Notes under the pieces: generated by a model
Seen by the model: the letters and a program-made list of their open reading frames with translations, nothing else
Database searches by the model: none
Told to the model about the DNA's origin: nothing
Origin: Myxococcota bacterium
GTDB taxonomy: Bacteria > Myxococcota_A > UBA796 > UBA2385
Assembly (NCBI GenBank): GCA_044344255.1
Contig: JBIJDH010000004.1
Coordinates: 192,001-256,000 of the forward strand
DNA length: 64,000 bases
Direction: 5' to 3'
Shown here: piece by piece, positions 53,487 to 63,700 of the stretch
Layout of the letters: each line of letters begins with the position of its first letter
Position numbering within the stretch: the first letter of the stretch is position 1
Translations under genes and position numbers: made by a program

Positions 53487-55889
53487 TCAGTTCCGGAGGG
53501 GCTTGCCCTTCTCCAGCATGTACATGATGCGGGCCTGGGTGCCCTCGGTGCCGCAGAGGCTGAGGAAGGCCTCGCGCTCGAGCTCGAGGATGCGCTCCTC
53601 GGTGACCCAGGTGCCGTTCGGCACGTCGCCGCCGGTGAGCACGCGGGCGAGCTGCTTCGAGACGACCAGGTCATGGTCGGTGGCGAAGCCGCCCTCGTGC
53701 ATCTGGTAGAGGAAGAGCTCGATCGCGGCGCGGCCCTGCGAGCCGGGCAGCTTGAACTTCCGCTTGCGGGGCGGCTGGTAGCCCGAGGCGGCGAGGCCGA
53801 GGCCGACGCGCTTCGCGCTCTGGATGAGGGAGTCGGGGTCGAGGATGACGCTGTCGGTCGGGCGGAGGTAGCCGATGGCCCGGGCCTCTTCGGCCGACAC
53901 CGCCACCTTCGCGAGGCCGATGCTCTTGAAGGCGGCCTGCACGAAGGGGTTGGGGTCGTACTCGGTGCCCTCGGGGATGTCGCCGAGGTAGCGCGCGAGC
54001 ATCTCCTTACAGCCGCCGCCGGCGGGGATGAGGCCCACGCCGACCTCGACGAGGCCCATGTAGGTCTCACCGGCGGCCCGGGTGTGGGCGCACTGCATCG
54101 CGATCTCAGCGCCGCCGCCGAGCACGAGGCCCCAGGGTGCGGTGACCACGGGGACGCGGCTGTACTTGGCGCGCTGGAGCACGTTCTGGAGGCGGGTGAT
54201 CATCGCCCCCAGCTGCTCCCACTCCTGCGACATCGCCGCGGTGCCCACCATCATCAGGTTGGCGCCGGCGCAGAAGGCCGGCCCGCCCTGGTTGCCGACG
54301 ACGATGGACTTCCAGCGGCCGGCCTCTGCCTCATCGAGCGCCTGCTCGTAGAGGCCGATGATGGCGTCGTCGATCGCGTTCATCTTGGTGTGGAAGGAGA
54401 GGCAGACCACGCCGTCGCCGAGGTCGATGAGGTCAGCGGAGTCGTTGCTGTGGACGACGTTGCTCTTGTGGACGGTGACGTCCTTGAGGAACAACCAGTC
54501 CTCGCTCATCGGCACGCGCTTGGCGCTGGCGGTGGTCGGGTCCCAGTAGGTCTGGAAGCCGGCCTCGTCGCGGCCGTAGAAGCTGGCGCGGCCGGTGGCC
54601 AGCATCGCCTTGACCCAGGCGGGCACCTCGCGGCCCTCGGCCTCCATCCGGGCGACGGTGGCGGCGACGCCGATGCCGTCCCAGCCCTCGAAGGGGCCCA
54701 TGTCCCAGGCGAAGCCCCAGCGCATGGCCCGGTCGATGTTGACGATGTCGTCGGCGATCTCGGGGATGCGGTTGGCCGAGTAGATGAGGGTGTCGGCCGT
54801 GCAGGCCCAGGCGATCTGGGAGGCCTTGTCGTCGCCCTGGAGCACGATCTGGGTGGAGACGGAGGGGTCGTCGGCGAAGGGGCGGGCGGCGCCGAGGCTG
54901 GCGAAGCGGACCTTGGCCGAGGGGGCGTACTGCCCCGTCTTCCAGTTGCGGGCGAGGATGGTCTTACCGCCGTCGCCGCGCAGCTTCTGGTAGAAGCCCT
55001 TGCCGGTCTTGTCGCCGAGGGCGCCCTCGGCCACCATCTGCTTGAGCCAGGGGGGGCTCACGAACCAGTCGCGACGTTCGTCTTCGGGGCAGCCGTCGTA
55101 GACGTTGGCCAGCACGTGGTCGAGGGTGTCGAGGCCGACGAGGTCGCCCGTCCGGAAGACGGCCGACTTCGGGCGGCCGAGCGGCTTGCCGAAGATGGCG
55201 TCGACCTCCTCCACCGAGAGGTCAAAGGCCTCCATGTGGCGGAAGACGCTCACGATGCCGAAGGTGCCGATGCGGTTGGCGACGAAGTTCGGCGTGTCCT
55301 TGCCGTAGACGATGCCCTTGCCGAGCGTCTTCTCGCCGAAGGAGGCCACGGCGGCCGTCACCGCGGGGAGGGTCTCGGGGCCGCTCACGAGCTCGAGCAG
55401 CCGCATGTAGCGGACCGGGTTGAAGAAGTGGGTGATGAGGAAGTGCTGGCGCATCTCCTCGGGCATGGAGGCCGCCATGTCGACCAGCTTGAGGCCCGAC
55501 GTGTTGGAGGCGACGATGGAGCCCGGGCGGCGGTGGGTGGCGACCCACTCGTAGACGCGGCTCTTGATGTCGAGGCGCTCGACCACCACCTCGATGACGA
55601 GGTCACAGCCGGCGAGGAGCGCGCCGTCGTCGTCGTAGTTGGCCGGAGAGATGAGGGCGGAGAGGTCAGCCCGGAAGAAGGCGGCGGGCTTGAGCTTGGC
55701 GGCGTTGGCGATGCCGTCGATCGCGAGCTTCGAGCGGGGCTCTCCAGCGACCAGCGTGCGGGGCACGATGTCGAAGAGGATGGAGGGGATGCCGGCGTTG
55801 GCCAGGTGGGCGGCGATGCCCTGACCCATCACACCGGCTCCAAGCACGGCCACCTTTCGAATTGGGTAGGCCTTGGGCTGGGAGACCAT
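53487..55889 (-). CDS. fadN: 3-hydroxyacyl-CoA dehydrogenase/enoyl-CoA hydratase (FadN-type domain order)
   Basis: VAVLGAGVMG, SNTSG, THFFNPVRYMRLLE, KDTPNFVANRIG, then crotonase FCAGANL, LGGGAE, GLVEVGVGLIPAGGG; ends GKPLRN. Confidence 0.92.
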   Translation of the reverse strand: MVSQPKAYPIRKVAVLGAGVMGQGIAAHLANAGIPSILFDIVPRTLVAGEPRSKLAIDGIANAAKLKPAAFFRADLSALISPANYDDDGALLAGCDLVIEVVVERLDIKSRVYEWVATHRRPGSIVASNTSGLKLVDMAASMPEEMRQHFLITHFFNPVRYMRLLELVSGPETLPAVTAAVASFGEKTLGKGIVYGKDTPNFVANRIGTFGIVSVFRHMEAFDLSVEEVDAIFGKPLGRPKSAVFRTGDLVGLDTLDHVLANVYDGCPEDERRDWFVSPPWLKQMVAEGALGDKTGKGFYQKLRGDGGKTILARNWKTGQYAPSAKVRFASLGAARPFADDPSVSTQIVLQGDDKASQIAWACTADTLIYSANRIPEIADDIVNIDRAMRWGFAWDMGPFEGWDGIGVAATVARMEAEGREVPAWVKAMLATGRASFYGRDEAGFQTYWDPTTASAKRVPMSEDWLFLKDVTVHKSNVVHSNDSADLIDLGDGVVCLSFHTKMNAIDDAIIGLYEQALDEAEAGRWKSIVVGNQGGPAFCAGANLMMVGTAAMSQEWEQLGAMITRLQNVLQRAKYSRVPVVTAPWGLVLGGGAEIAMQCAHTRAAGETYMGLVEVGVGLIPAGGGCKEMLARYLGDIPEGTEYDPNPFVQAAFKSIGLAKVAVSAEEARAIGYLRPTDSVILDPDSLIQSAKRVGLGLAASGYQPPRKRKFKLPGSQGRAAIELFLYQMHEGGFATDHDLVVSKQLARVLTGGDVPNGTWVTEERILELEREAFLSLCGTEGTQARIMYMLEKGKPLRN

Positions 55890-55918
55890 GGGACGCGCTC
55901 CAAAGTTGGGGAGAGGTG

Positions 55919-55938
55919 CTGAATGAACCCTCATTCAG
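55919..55938. promoter_or_regulatory. Palindromic operator, TetR-family FadR-like box
   Basis: CTGAATGA-ACCC-TCATTCAG; perfect 8-bp inverted arms, AT-rich, about 30 bp upstream of the fadN start. Confidence 0.75.
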
Positions 55939-56096
55939 TGACGCGCTTATCCCCGCCCCTCGGGGGGCGCACGCTGACCCGGGTCGGGGATCTGTGAGGA
56001 GCTTGATCCGCGACCCTGGCGCGGCTACGCGGGAGAGGCCCCGCCTTCGGTCGGGCCGCCGCGGCCTTCGTGGCGATCTCCTTCGGAGGAGCACGC

Positions 56097-57716
<1,620 letters not shown>

Positions 57717-57724
57717 CGCGGCGC

Positions 57725-57766
57725 GGCGGACGGCGGACGGCGGACGGCGGAGGGCGGACGGCGGCT
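57725..57766. repeat. 7-bp intergenic tandem repeat x6 (GGCGGAC)
   Basis: Four exact and two variant units between the convergent kinase and GNAT stops. Confidence 0.85.
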
Positions 57767-58227
57767 CAGGCGAGCGATCGACAGTAGGTGACGCAGTCGT
57801 CCCCGGGCTGGTAGTAGTCCTTCACCCGCCCCACCTCGAGGTAGCCGGCCTCCTCGTAGAAGCGCCGTGTGCGCGCATAGTCGGGGCGACCGCTCGTCTC
57901 GAGCACGAGCCTCGCGCCACCGCGCTCCGTCACCAGCGCCTCCCCCGCCGCGAGCAGGTTGCGCCCGCTGCCGAGGCCTTGGGCCTCCGGGCTGACCGCG
58001 ATCCAGTAGAGGTGCCAGGAGGAGCGGGTCGCGGCGATGGGCCCGACGCAGATGTAGCCGATGACGCTCCCGCCGCGCTCGAGCACGAGGTGGGGGTAGG
58101 CGTCGGTGGACAAGCCAAGCTGCATCACCTCGAAGGCGAGCGCCTGCTCTTCGAGGGAGAAGGCGCCGCAGCGGCGGGTGATCGGGAGCAGGTGCTCCAC
58201 ATCGGACAGCAGCATGGGGCGGATCAT
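57766..58227 (-). CDS. GNAT family N-acetyltransferase
   Basis: VIGYICVGP, WHLYWIAVSPEAQGLGSGR (motif A), ETSGRPDYARTRRFYEEAGY; ATGA overlap with the upstream gene. Confidence 0.92.
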   Translation of the reverse strand: MIRPMLLSDVEHLLPITRRCGAFSLEEQALAFEVMQLGLSTDAYPHLVLERGGSVIGYICVGPIAATRSSWHLYWIAVSPEAQGLGSGRNLLAAGEALVTERGGARLVLETSGRPDYARTRRFYEEAGYLEVGRVKDYYQPGDDCVTYCRSLA

Positions 58228-59132
58228 CGCGCGATCTCCACCTGGAAGCGGATGAAGTCGGCCCAGGACCATCCTGCAGAGAGCACGGCCCGCGCCATTC
58301 CCGAGGTGGAGGTGAGCCCGTCGTCGGGGGTGAGATCGGGGTTCGGGTTCACGTCGATCACCCGCGGTCGGCCCTCGGCGTCGAGCCGCAGGTCCATCCT
58401 CGCGTAGCCCCAGAGCCCGATCGCCGCCCAGGCCCCGCGGGCCGCTTGGAGCAGCTCCGCCGCCAGCGCCGGCGAGACGTCGGCCGGGTACGTGGTCGTG
58501 GTGCCCCGATAGTCGTCGCTGGTGGGGAGCCACTTGGCCTCCCACGTCAGGAAGGGCCGGTGCGCCGGGAAGCGGACCTCGCCGACGGCGGCGTGCTCCG
58601 CCTCGCGCCCCCAGAGGGCCACCACCAGCTCCCGGCCGGGCAGGTAATCCTCGACCACCACCTCGCCGAGCCGGGCGCGCTGGGCCTCCACCTCGGTCGC
58701 GTCCCGGCAGAGGCAGCCGGCCTCGATGCCCGCCGAGCCGTGCTCCGCGACGGGCTTGACGAAGGCCGGCAGGCCCCCAGAGCCGGGGATGGGCACGCTG
58801 GCCGCGCGCAAGAGGGCCCGCACGCGGTCTTTGCGGTGACAGAGGGCGAGGGCCTCGCTGCCCGCGCCGGTGTGCCGCTGCCCGAGCCATGCGAGCAGCG
58901 CGGGGACGTGCGGCTCCCAGGTCGGCACGCCGCAGGGCGCCTCGCAGAGGTTGAAGACCACGTCGGGGCGGTGGCGGTGGAGCAGGGCCAGGAGCTCGCC
59001 CGGCTCACCTCGGACCCCCTCCACGACCACGTCTTCGAGGGCGGCGGCCACGCCGGCGGCGGGGAGCGAGAGGTCGGTGTCGATGAGGGTGGGATCGGCG
59101 GGCAGGGTGTGCAGGACGAGCGTGCGGGTCAC
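58224..59132 (-). CDS. ATP-grasp ligase, D-Ala-D-Ala ligase-like
   Basis: PDVVFNLCE, HTGAG, FVKPVAEHGSAGI, VEDYLPGREL, YARMDLRLD, IDVNPNPDL; lacks the N-terminal GG.S.E motif of true Ddl. Confidence 0.85.
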   Translation of the reverse strand: MTRTLVLHTLPADPTLIDTDLSLPAAGVAAALEDVVVEGVRGEPGELLALLHRHRPDVVFNLCEAPCGVPTWEPHVPALLAWLGQRHTGAGSEALALCHRKDRVRALLRAASVPIPGSGGLPAFVKPVAEHGSAGIEAGCLCRDATEVEAQRARLGEVVVEDYLPGRELVVALWGREAEHAAVGEVRFPAHRPFLTWEAKWLPTSDDYRGTTTTYPADVSPALAAELLQAARGAWAAIGLWGYARMDLRLDAEGRPRVIDVNPNPDLTPDDGLTSTSGMARAVLSAGWSWADFIRFQVEIAR

Positions 59133-59270
59133 GTCGTGGGCTCTTCGGGGCTCGGGTGGGTCGCGCCTCTCCCGAGGGGGGCGCGGGACCCGTATCCGAC
59201 CGCTGGCGAGGCGACCGCGCGGGTCGAGATCTGGCGCCCGCTCATCCGTGCAGCACGTTAGGCAGCGCCG

Positions 59271-60752
59271 GTGAACAGCACCCAGGACGCCGCTCCGCTC
59301 TTTGCTTCACGCCGCAGCGAGGCTGGGGGCGATCGGCTCGCGTTGTCCCTGGTCTGGTCGCGGGAAGAGCCCCACCGTGTCGGAGAGATCGTGCTCCCCG
59401 GCCCCACGCCAGCGGTCCTCGGTCGCGGGCCGGCGCTCGGCGCGGGTCGCCTGGGCCTCGGGCGCGCCCGCCCGGGCTCGACGTGGGACCCCTCCCAGCT
59501 CGGCTCACCGCGCATCTCTCGAGACCAGCTTCGACTGTGGACCGAGGGCGGGAGCCTCCGCGTCGAGAACGTGGGGCGCTGCCGGCTGCTCGTTGATGGC
59601 GCGGCGGTGACCGAGGTCACCGTCGACCCGCACGACCAGGTCTTGCTCGAAGACGAGGCCCTCTTCATCGTCGTCCGGCGTCCCTGGCCGGTCACCGCCT
59701 GGAGCGCCACGCCGCGCCCGCCGCGCTTCCCCTTCGGAGAGGCGGATGAGGACGGGCTCGTCGGCGAGAGCCCGGCGATGTGGGCCTTACGCAGCCAGCT
59801 CGCCCTGCTCGGGCCGCGGGCCGCCCACGTCTTGGTGCGGGGCGAGAGCGGCACGGGCAAGGAGCTCGTGGCGCGGGGTCTCCACCGCCGGTCGACGCGC
59901 GCCTCCCGAGCGCTGGTCGCGCGAAACGCCGCCACCCTCCCCGCCACCCTGGTCGACGCCGAGCTCTTCGGAAACGCGCGGAACTACCCGAACCCGGGCA
60001 TGGCCGAGCGCCCGGGGCTCGTGGGTGAGGCCGATGGCGGCAGCCTCTTCCTCGATGAGTTCGCCGAGCTGCCGGTCGAGGCCCAGGCCCACCTCCTCCG
60101 CGTGCTCGACCAGGGGGAGTACCACCGCCTCGGGGAGGCCAAGGCCCGCGTGGCCGACCTCCGCCTGATCGCGGCCACCAACCGGCCAGAGACCGCGATC
60201 AAGCACGACGTGCTGGCGCGGATGCCGCTGCGGGTGGAGCTCCCCCCGCTCACCGCGCGCCCCGAAGACGTGCCCCTGCTGCTTCGGCACCTCCTCTTGG
60301 GCATCACCCGCCGCGATCCTGCGCTGATGGCCCAGCTCATCGGCCCCACCGGGCTCCCTCGCACCACGCCGGGCCTCATCGCGGGGCTCTGTCGGTGGCG
60401 GTGGACCACCCACGTGCGGGAGCTCGAGCAGCTCCTCTGGAGGGCGATCGGCGAGGCCACGGACGGCCTGCTCGACTGGCCCCGGGGCCTCGACGCCCGG
60501 CCCGCCGCCGCGCGGCCCGTCACGCCCCTGGGGCCGCTCGTCGATCCCGAAGAGGCGGAGCGGGGTGACGGAGACAGCGGTGGGGTCGATCCCGAGACCC
60601 TCGATCCCGCTCATGTGCAGGATGTCCTCGACGAACATGGGGGCCAACAGGAGCCCGCCTGGCGCGCCCTCGGGCTCGCGAGCCGGCATGTGCTCACCCG
60701 GCTCGTCAAGAAGCACGGGCTCCGGGTGCGGGGCCGCAGGGGCCCCGCTTGA
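59271..60752 (+). CDS. FHA-AAA+-Fis-HTH transcriptional regulator (bEBP-like, GAFTGA replaced by NYPNPG)
   Basis: FHA-like LGRG...ISR; GESGTGKELVA; ELFGNARNYPNPG; ADGGSLFLDE; RLIAATNR; WTTHVRELEQ; C-terminal AWRALGLASRHVLTRLVKKHG. Confidence 0.9.
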   Translation: MNSTQDAAPLFASRRSEAGGDRLALSLVWSREEPHRVGEIVLPGPTPAVLGRGPALGAGRLGLGRARPGSTWDPSQLGSPRISRDQLRLWTEGGSLRVENVGRCRLLVDGAAVTEVTVDPHDQVLLEDEALFIVVRRPWPVTAWSATPRPPRFPFGEADEDGLVGESPAMWALRSQLALLGPRAAHVLVRGESGTGKELVARGLHRRSTRASRALVARNAATLPATLVDAELFGNARNYPNPGMAERPGLVGEADGGSLFLDEFAELPVEAQAHLLRVLDQGEYHRLGEAKARVADLRLIAATNRPETAIKHDVLARMPLRVELPPLTARPEDVPLLLRHLLLGITRRDPALMAQLIGPTGLPRTTPGLIAGLCRWRWTTHVRELEQLLWRAIGEATDGLLDWPRGLDARPAAARPVTPLGPLVDPEEAERGDGDSGGVDPETLDPAHVQDVLDEHGGQQEPAWRALGLASRHVLTRLVKKHGLRVRGRRGPA

Positions 60753-63700
60753 CGAGCTGGGTACTCCCCGATCAGTTCGATGGGCTGCGGGTCGTGAGGG
60801 CGCTCGGCCGCGGGGGGATGGGCGCGGTTTACCTCGCGCACGACGTCGCCCTGGATCGCCCGACCGCCCTCAAGCTGATCAGCGCCGAGGAGCCCACGAG
60901 CGCGCTGCGTTCGCGCTTCCTCGTCGAGGCCCGCGCCCTGGCCCGGCTCCAGCACCCCAACGTGGTCGGGGTGTATCGGTTCGGTGAGGTCGATGGCCGG
61001 CCCTACCTCGCCTACGAGTTCGTCGAGGGGGGCTCCCTCGCCGGTGTGGGCCAGATGCCGTGGGTGCGGGCGCTGAGCATCTGCGCGCAGGTGGCCCGCG
61101 GTATGGCCGCCTCCCATGAGCGGGGGGTGGTGCACCGGGACATCAAGCCGGCCAACATCATGGTCGGCGTCGACGGGTCGGTGAAGCTGCTCGACTTCGG
61201 CCTCGCCGTCCTCGGCGCCACCGGAGATCGACCCGCCCAGGCCCTCACCCTCGACGGCCGCGTCGTGGGCACCCCCGCCTACATGGCCCCCGAACGCTGG
61301 CTCGGCGAGGCCCCCTCTCCGGCCGCCGACGTCTGGGCTTGGGCGATGGTCTTCCGCCTCCTGCTCACAGGCTCCCACCCCTTGGAGGGGGTGCCGGTCT
61401 CCGAGCTGCCGCGGGAGCTCACCCTCCGGGACCTCCCGCCCTGCAGCAGCGTCCTCCCCGACCTCCCGCCCGTGCTCTCCTCGCTGATCGATCGCTGCCT
61501 CTCCCGCTCGCCGGAGCGCCGGCCCCCCTCCGGCGTCGAGGTGCGGGACGCCCTGGAGGCGGTCACGGCGCTCCTGCTCCCCGCGGGCGGCGGCTCCCCC
61601 ACTGAGGGGCGCATCGGCCTCGTGGGGGCCTCCTTCTCGCGGGTGGCGCAGTCCGTCGAGCTCTTCTCCCGGCGCTTCTATGAGCGCCTCTTCGCCCTCT
61701 CCCCCGGCCTGCGCCCGCTCTTCCCGCTCGACATGTCGAGCCAACGCGACAAGCTGGTCGGCGCCTTGCAGCTCAGCGTACAGTCGCTGCGGGTGCCCGA
61801 GGTGCTGGTCCCCTTGCTTCGGGACCTTGGGCGGCGCCACGCGGCCTACGGGGTCGAGGCGCGGCACTTCGAGCCGGTGGGGGCGGCGCTGCTCGGCGCG
61901 CTGCAAGAGATCGAGGGCAGCGCCTGGACGCCGGCCCTCGCCCAGGCCTGGCAGGCCACCTGGGCCGATCTGGCGCGGCCCGTGCTCGCCGGCCTCGCCG
62001 AGGCGCGGGGAGGGGACACCCTGGGGATGCTCACCGAGGGCGGCGGCGCCATCGCCCGGGTCGCCCTGCCCACCCACCTGCCCCTCTCCGGGCCCTCGGC
62101 GATGGCGACCCCCGCCAGCGACGCCCGCGCCCCCTCGCTCCCGCCGCGGGGCGCAACGCCCTCCAACGGCCCCGGGGCCTCCCGGCCGCCGCTCTCCGCG
62201 CCGCCCCGCGCCTCCGGCTCGTCCCCGCCCCCCTCGCTGCCGTCGCCCTTGACCCGCTTCTTCGGCCGCACGCGGGAGCTCGAGGAGCTCGTCGCCCAGG
62301 TGGCCGAGGGAGTGCGGCTGCTCACGATCCTCGGCATGGGCGGCTCGGGCAAGACCCGCCTCGCCCTCGAGCTCGCCCGGCGCCTGCACGCGGCCAGCCT
62401 CGGACGGCCGGTCGTCTGGGTGGCCCTCGCCGACGCTCGCGACCACGAGGGGGCCCTCTCCCTGATGTTGCGGGCGCTCGGGGTCAAGGACGCCCAAGGC
62501 GAGCCCCTCGATCTCCTCATCGAGACGCTCCACACCCGCCCAGCGCTGATCTTCCTCGACAACGTCGAGGACATCGCCGATGAGCTCGGCGACAGCCTCA
62601 GCGGCGTGCTCGAGCAGTGTCCGGACGCCACCTGCATCATCACCTCCCAGCGCCCGCTCCACATCATGGGGGAGCTGCTCTACCGCCTCGAGCCGCTGCC
62701 GCTGCCCTCCGCCGACGCCGCGACCCTGGAGATCGAGGCCAGCGACGCCGTCGCGCTGCTGATCGACCGCATCCGCCTGCAGCGCCCCACCTTCCGGCCC
62801 GATCCCACCTCGCTCCCGCAGCTCCTGGCGTTGGCCCGCCGCCTCGACGGCATCCCGCTGGCCCTCGAGCTCGTGGCGGTGCGGGTGGGCAAGATGCAGC
62901 TCTCGTCGCTCATCGAGCGGCTGGAGCGTGATCTCGGGCTGATCGAGGACGGCGCCCGAAACCGCCCCGGCCGACAGCGCTCGCTCACCGCCGCGCTCCG
63001 GTGGACGGCCGAGCGCCTCGACCCCGAGCTCCGTGCGCTCTTCTCCGATCTGGCGGTCTTCCCCGGAGAGTTCGGCCTCGAAGACCTGCGCGAAGTGCTC
63101 GGCGTCCCGGTCACCCACGAGGAGCTGGAGTCGCTGATCGAGCACTCCCTCGTGGTGCCCGTCGGCGGCTCCGAGGGGCGCTATCGGATGCTGAGCACCG
63201 TGCGGGCCTACGCCGCCGGCCTGAGCTCTCCCGAGCGCAGCGCGGCCCTCCAGCTCGCCCTGGTCGAGATGATCACCTCGATGGCCGGGAAGTGGATCGA
63301 TCAGCTCGGCACCTCGGAGGCCCAGCGGAGCACCGCGCGCTTGGAGGCGAGCTGGTCCACCCTGCTCGCGGTGGTCGATCTGGCCACCCCCGAGCGGGCC
63401 GCGCACATCCTCGGCCGCGTCCCCGTCTTCGTGATGATGACGAAGCGCTTCGCCGATGTCCTACCCCGCATCGAGCGGCTCTTCGCCAGTGACATCCTGC
63501 CGAAGCTGAGCTCGGACGTGCGAGTGCGCCTCTGCCGGGCCGGCCACCGCCTCAACCTCGTCACCGGCCACGCCGATCGCACCGAGGCCTGGCGGCTCCA
63601 GCTCCTGCACTGCGCGGCCCTGCCGCTCTCGGAAGTCATTCGAGACGGCCTCGACGCCGAGCTCGGTCTCTCGGCCATGGAGCGGGGCAGCTATCGGGAG

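Noticed and set aside
58224..59132. Calling this gene ddl or a van-type resistance ligase
   Set aside because: Lacks the canonical Ddl N-terminal motif and cell-wall or van gene context.
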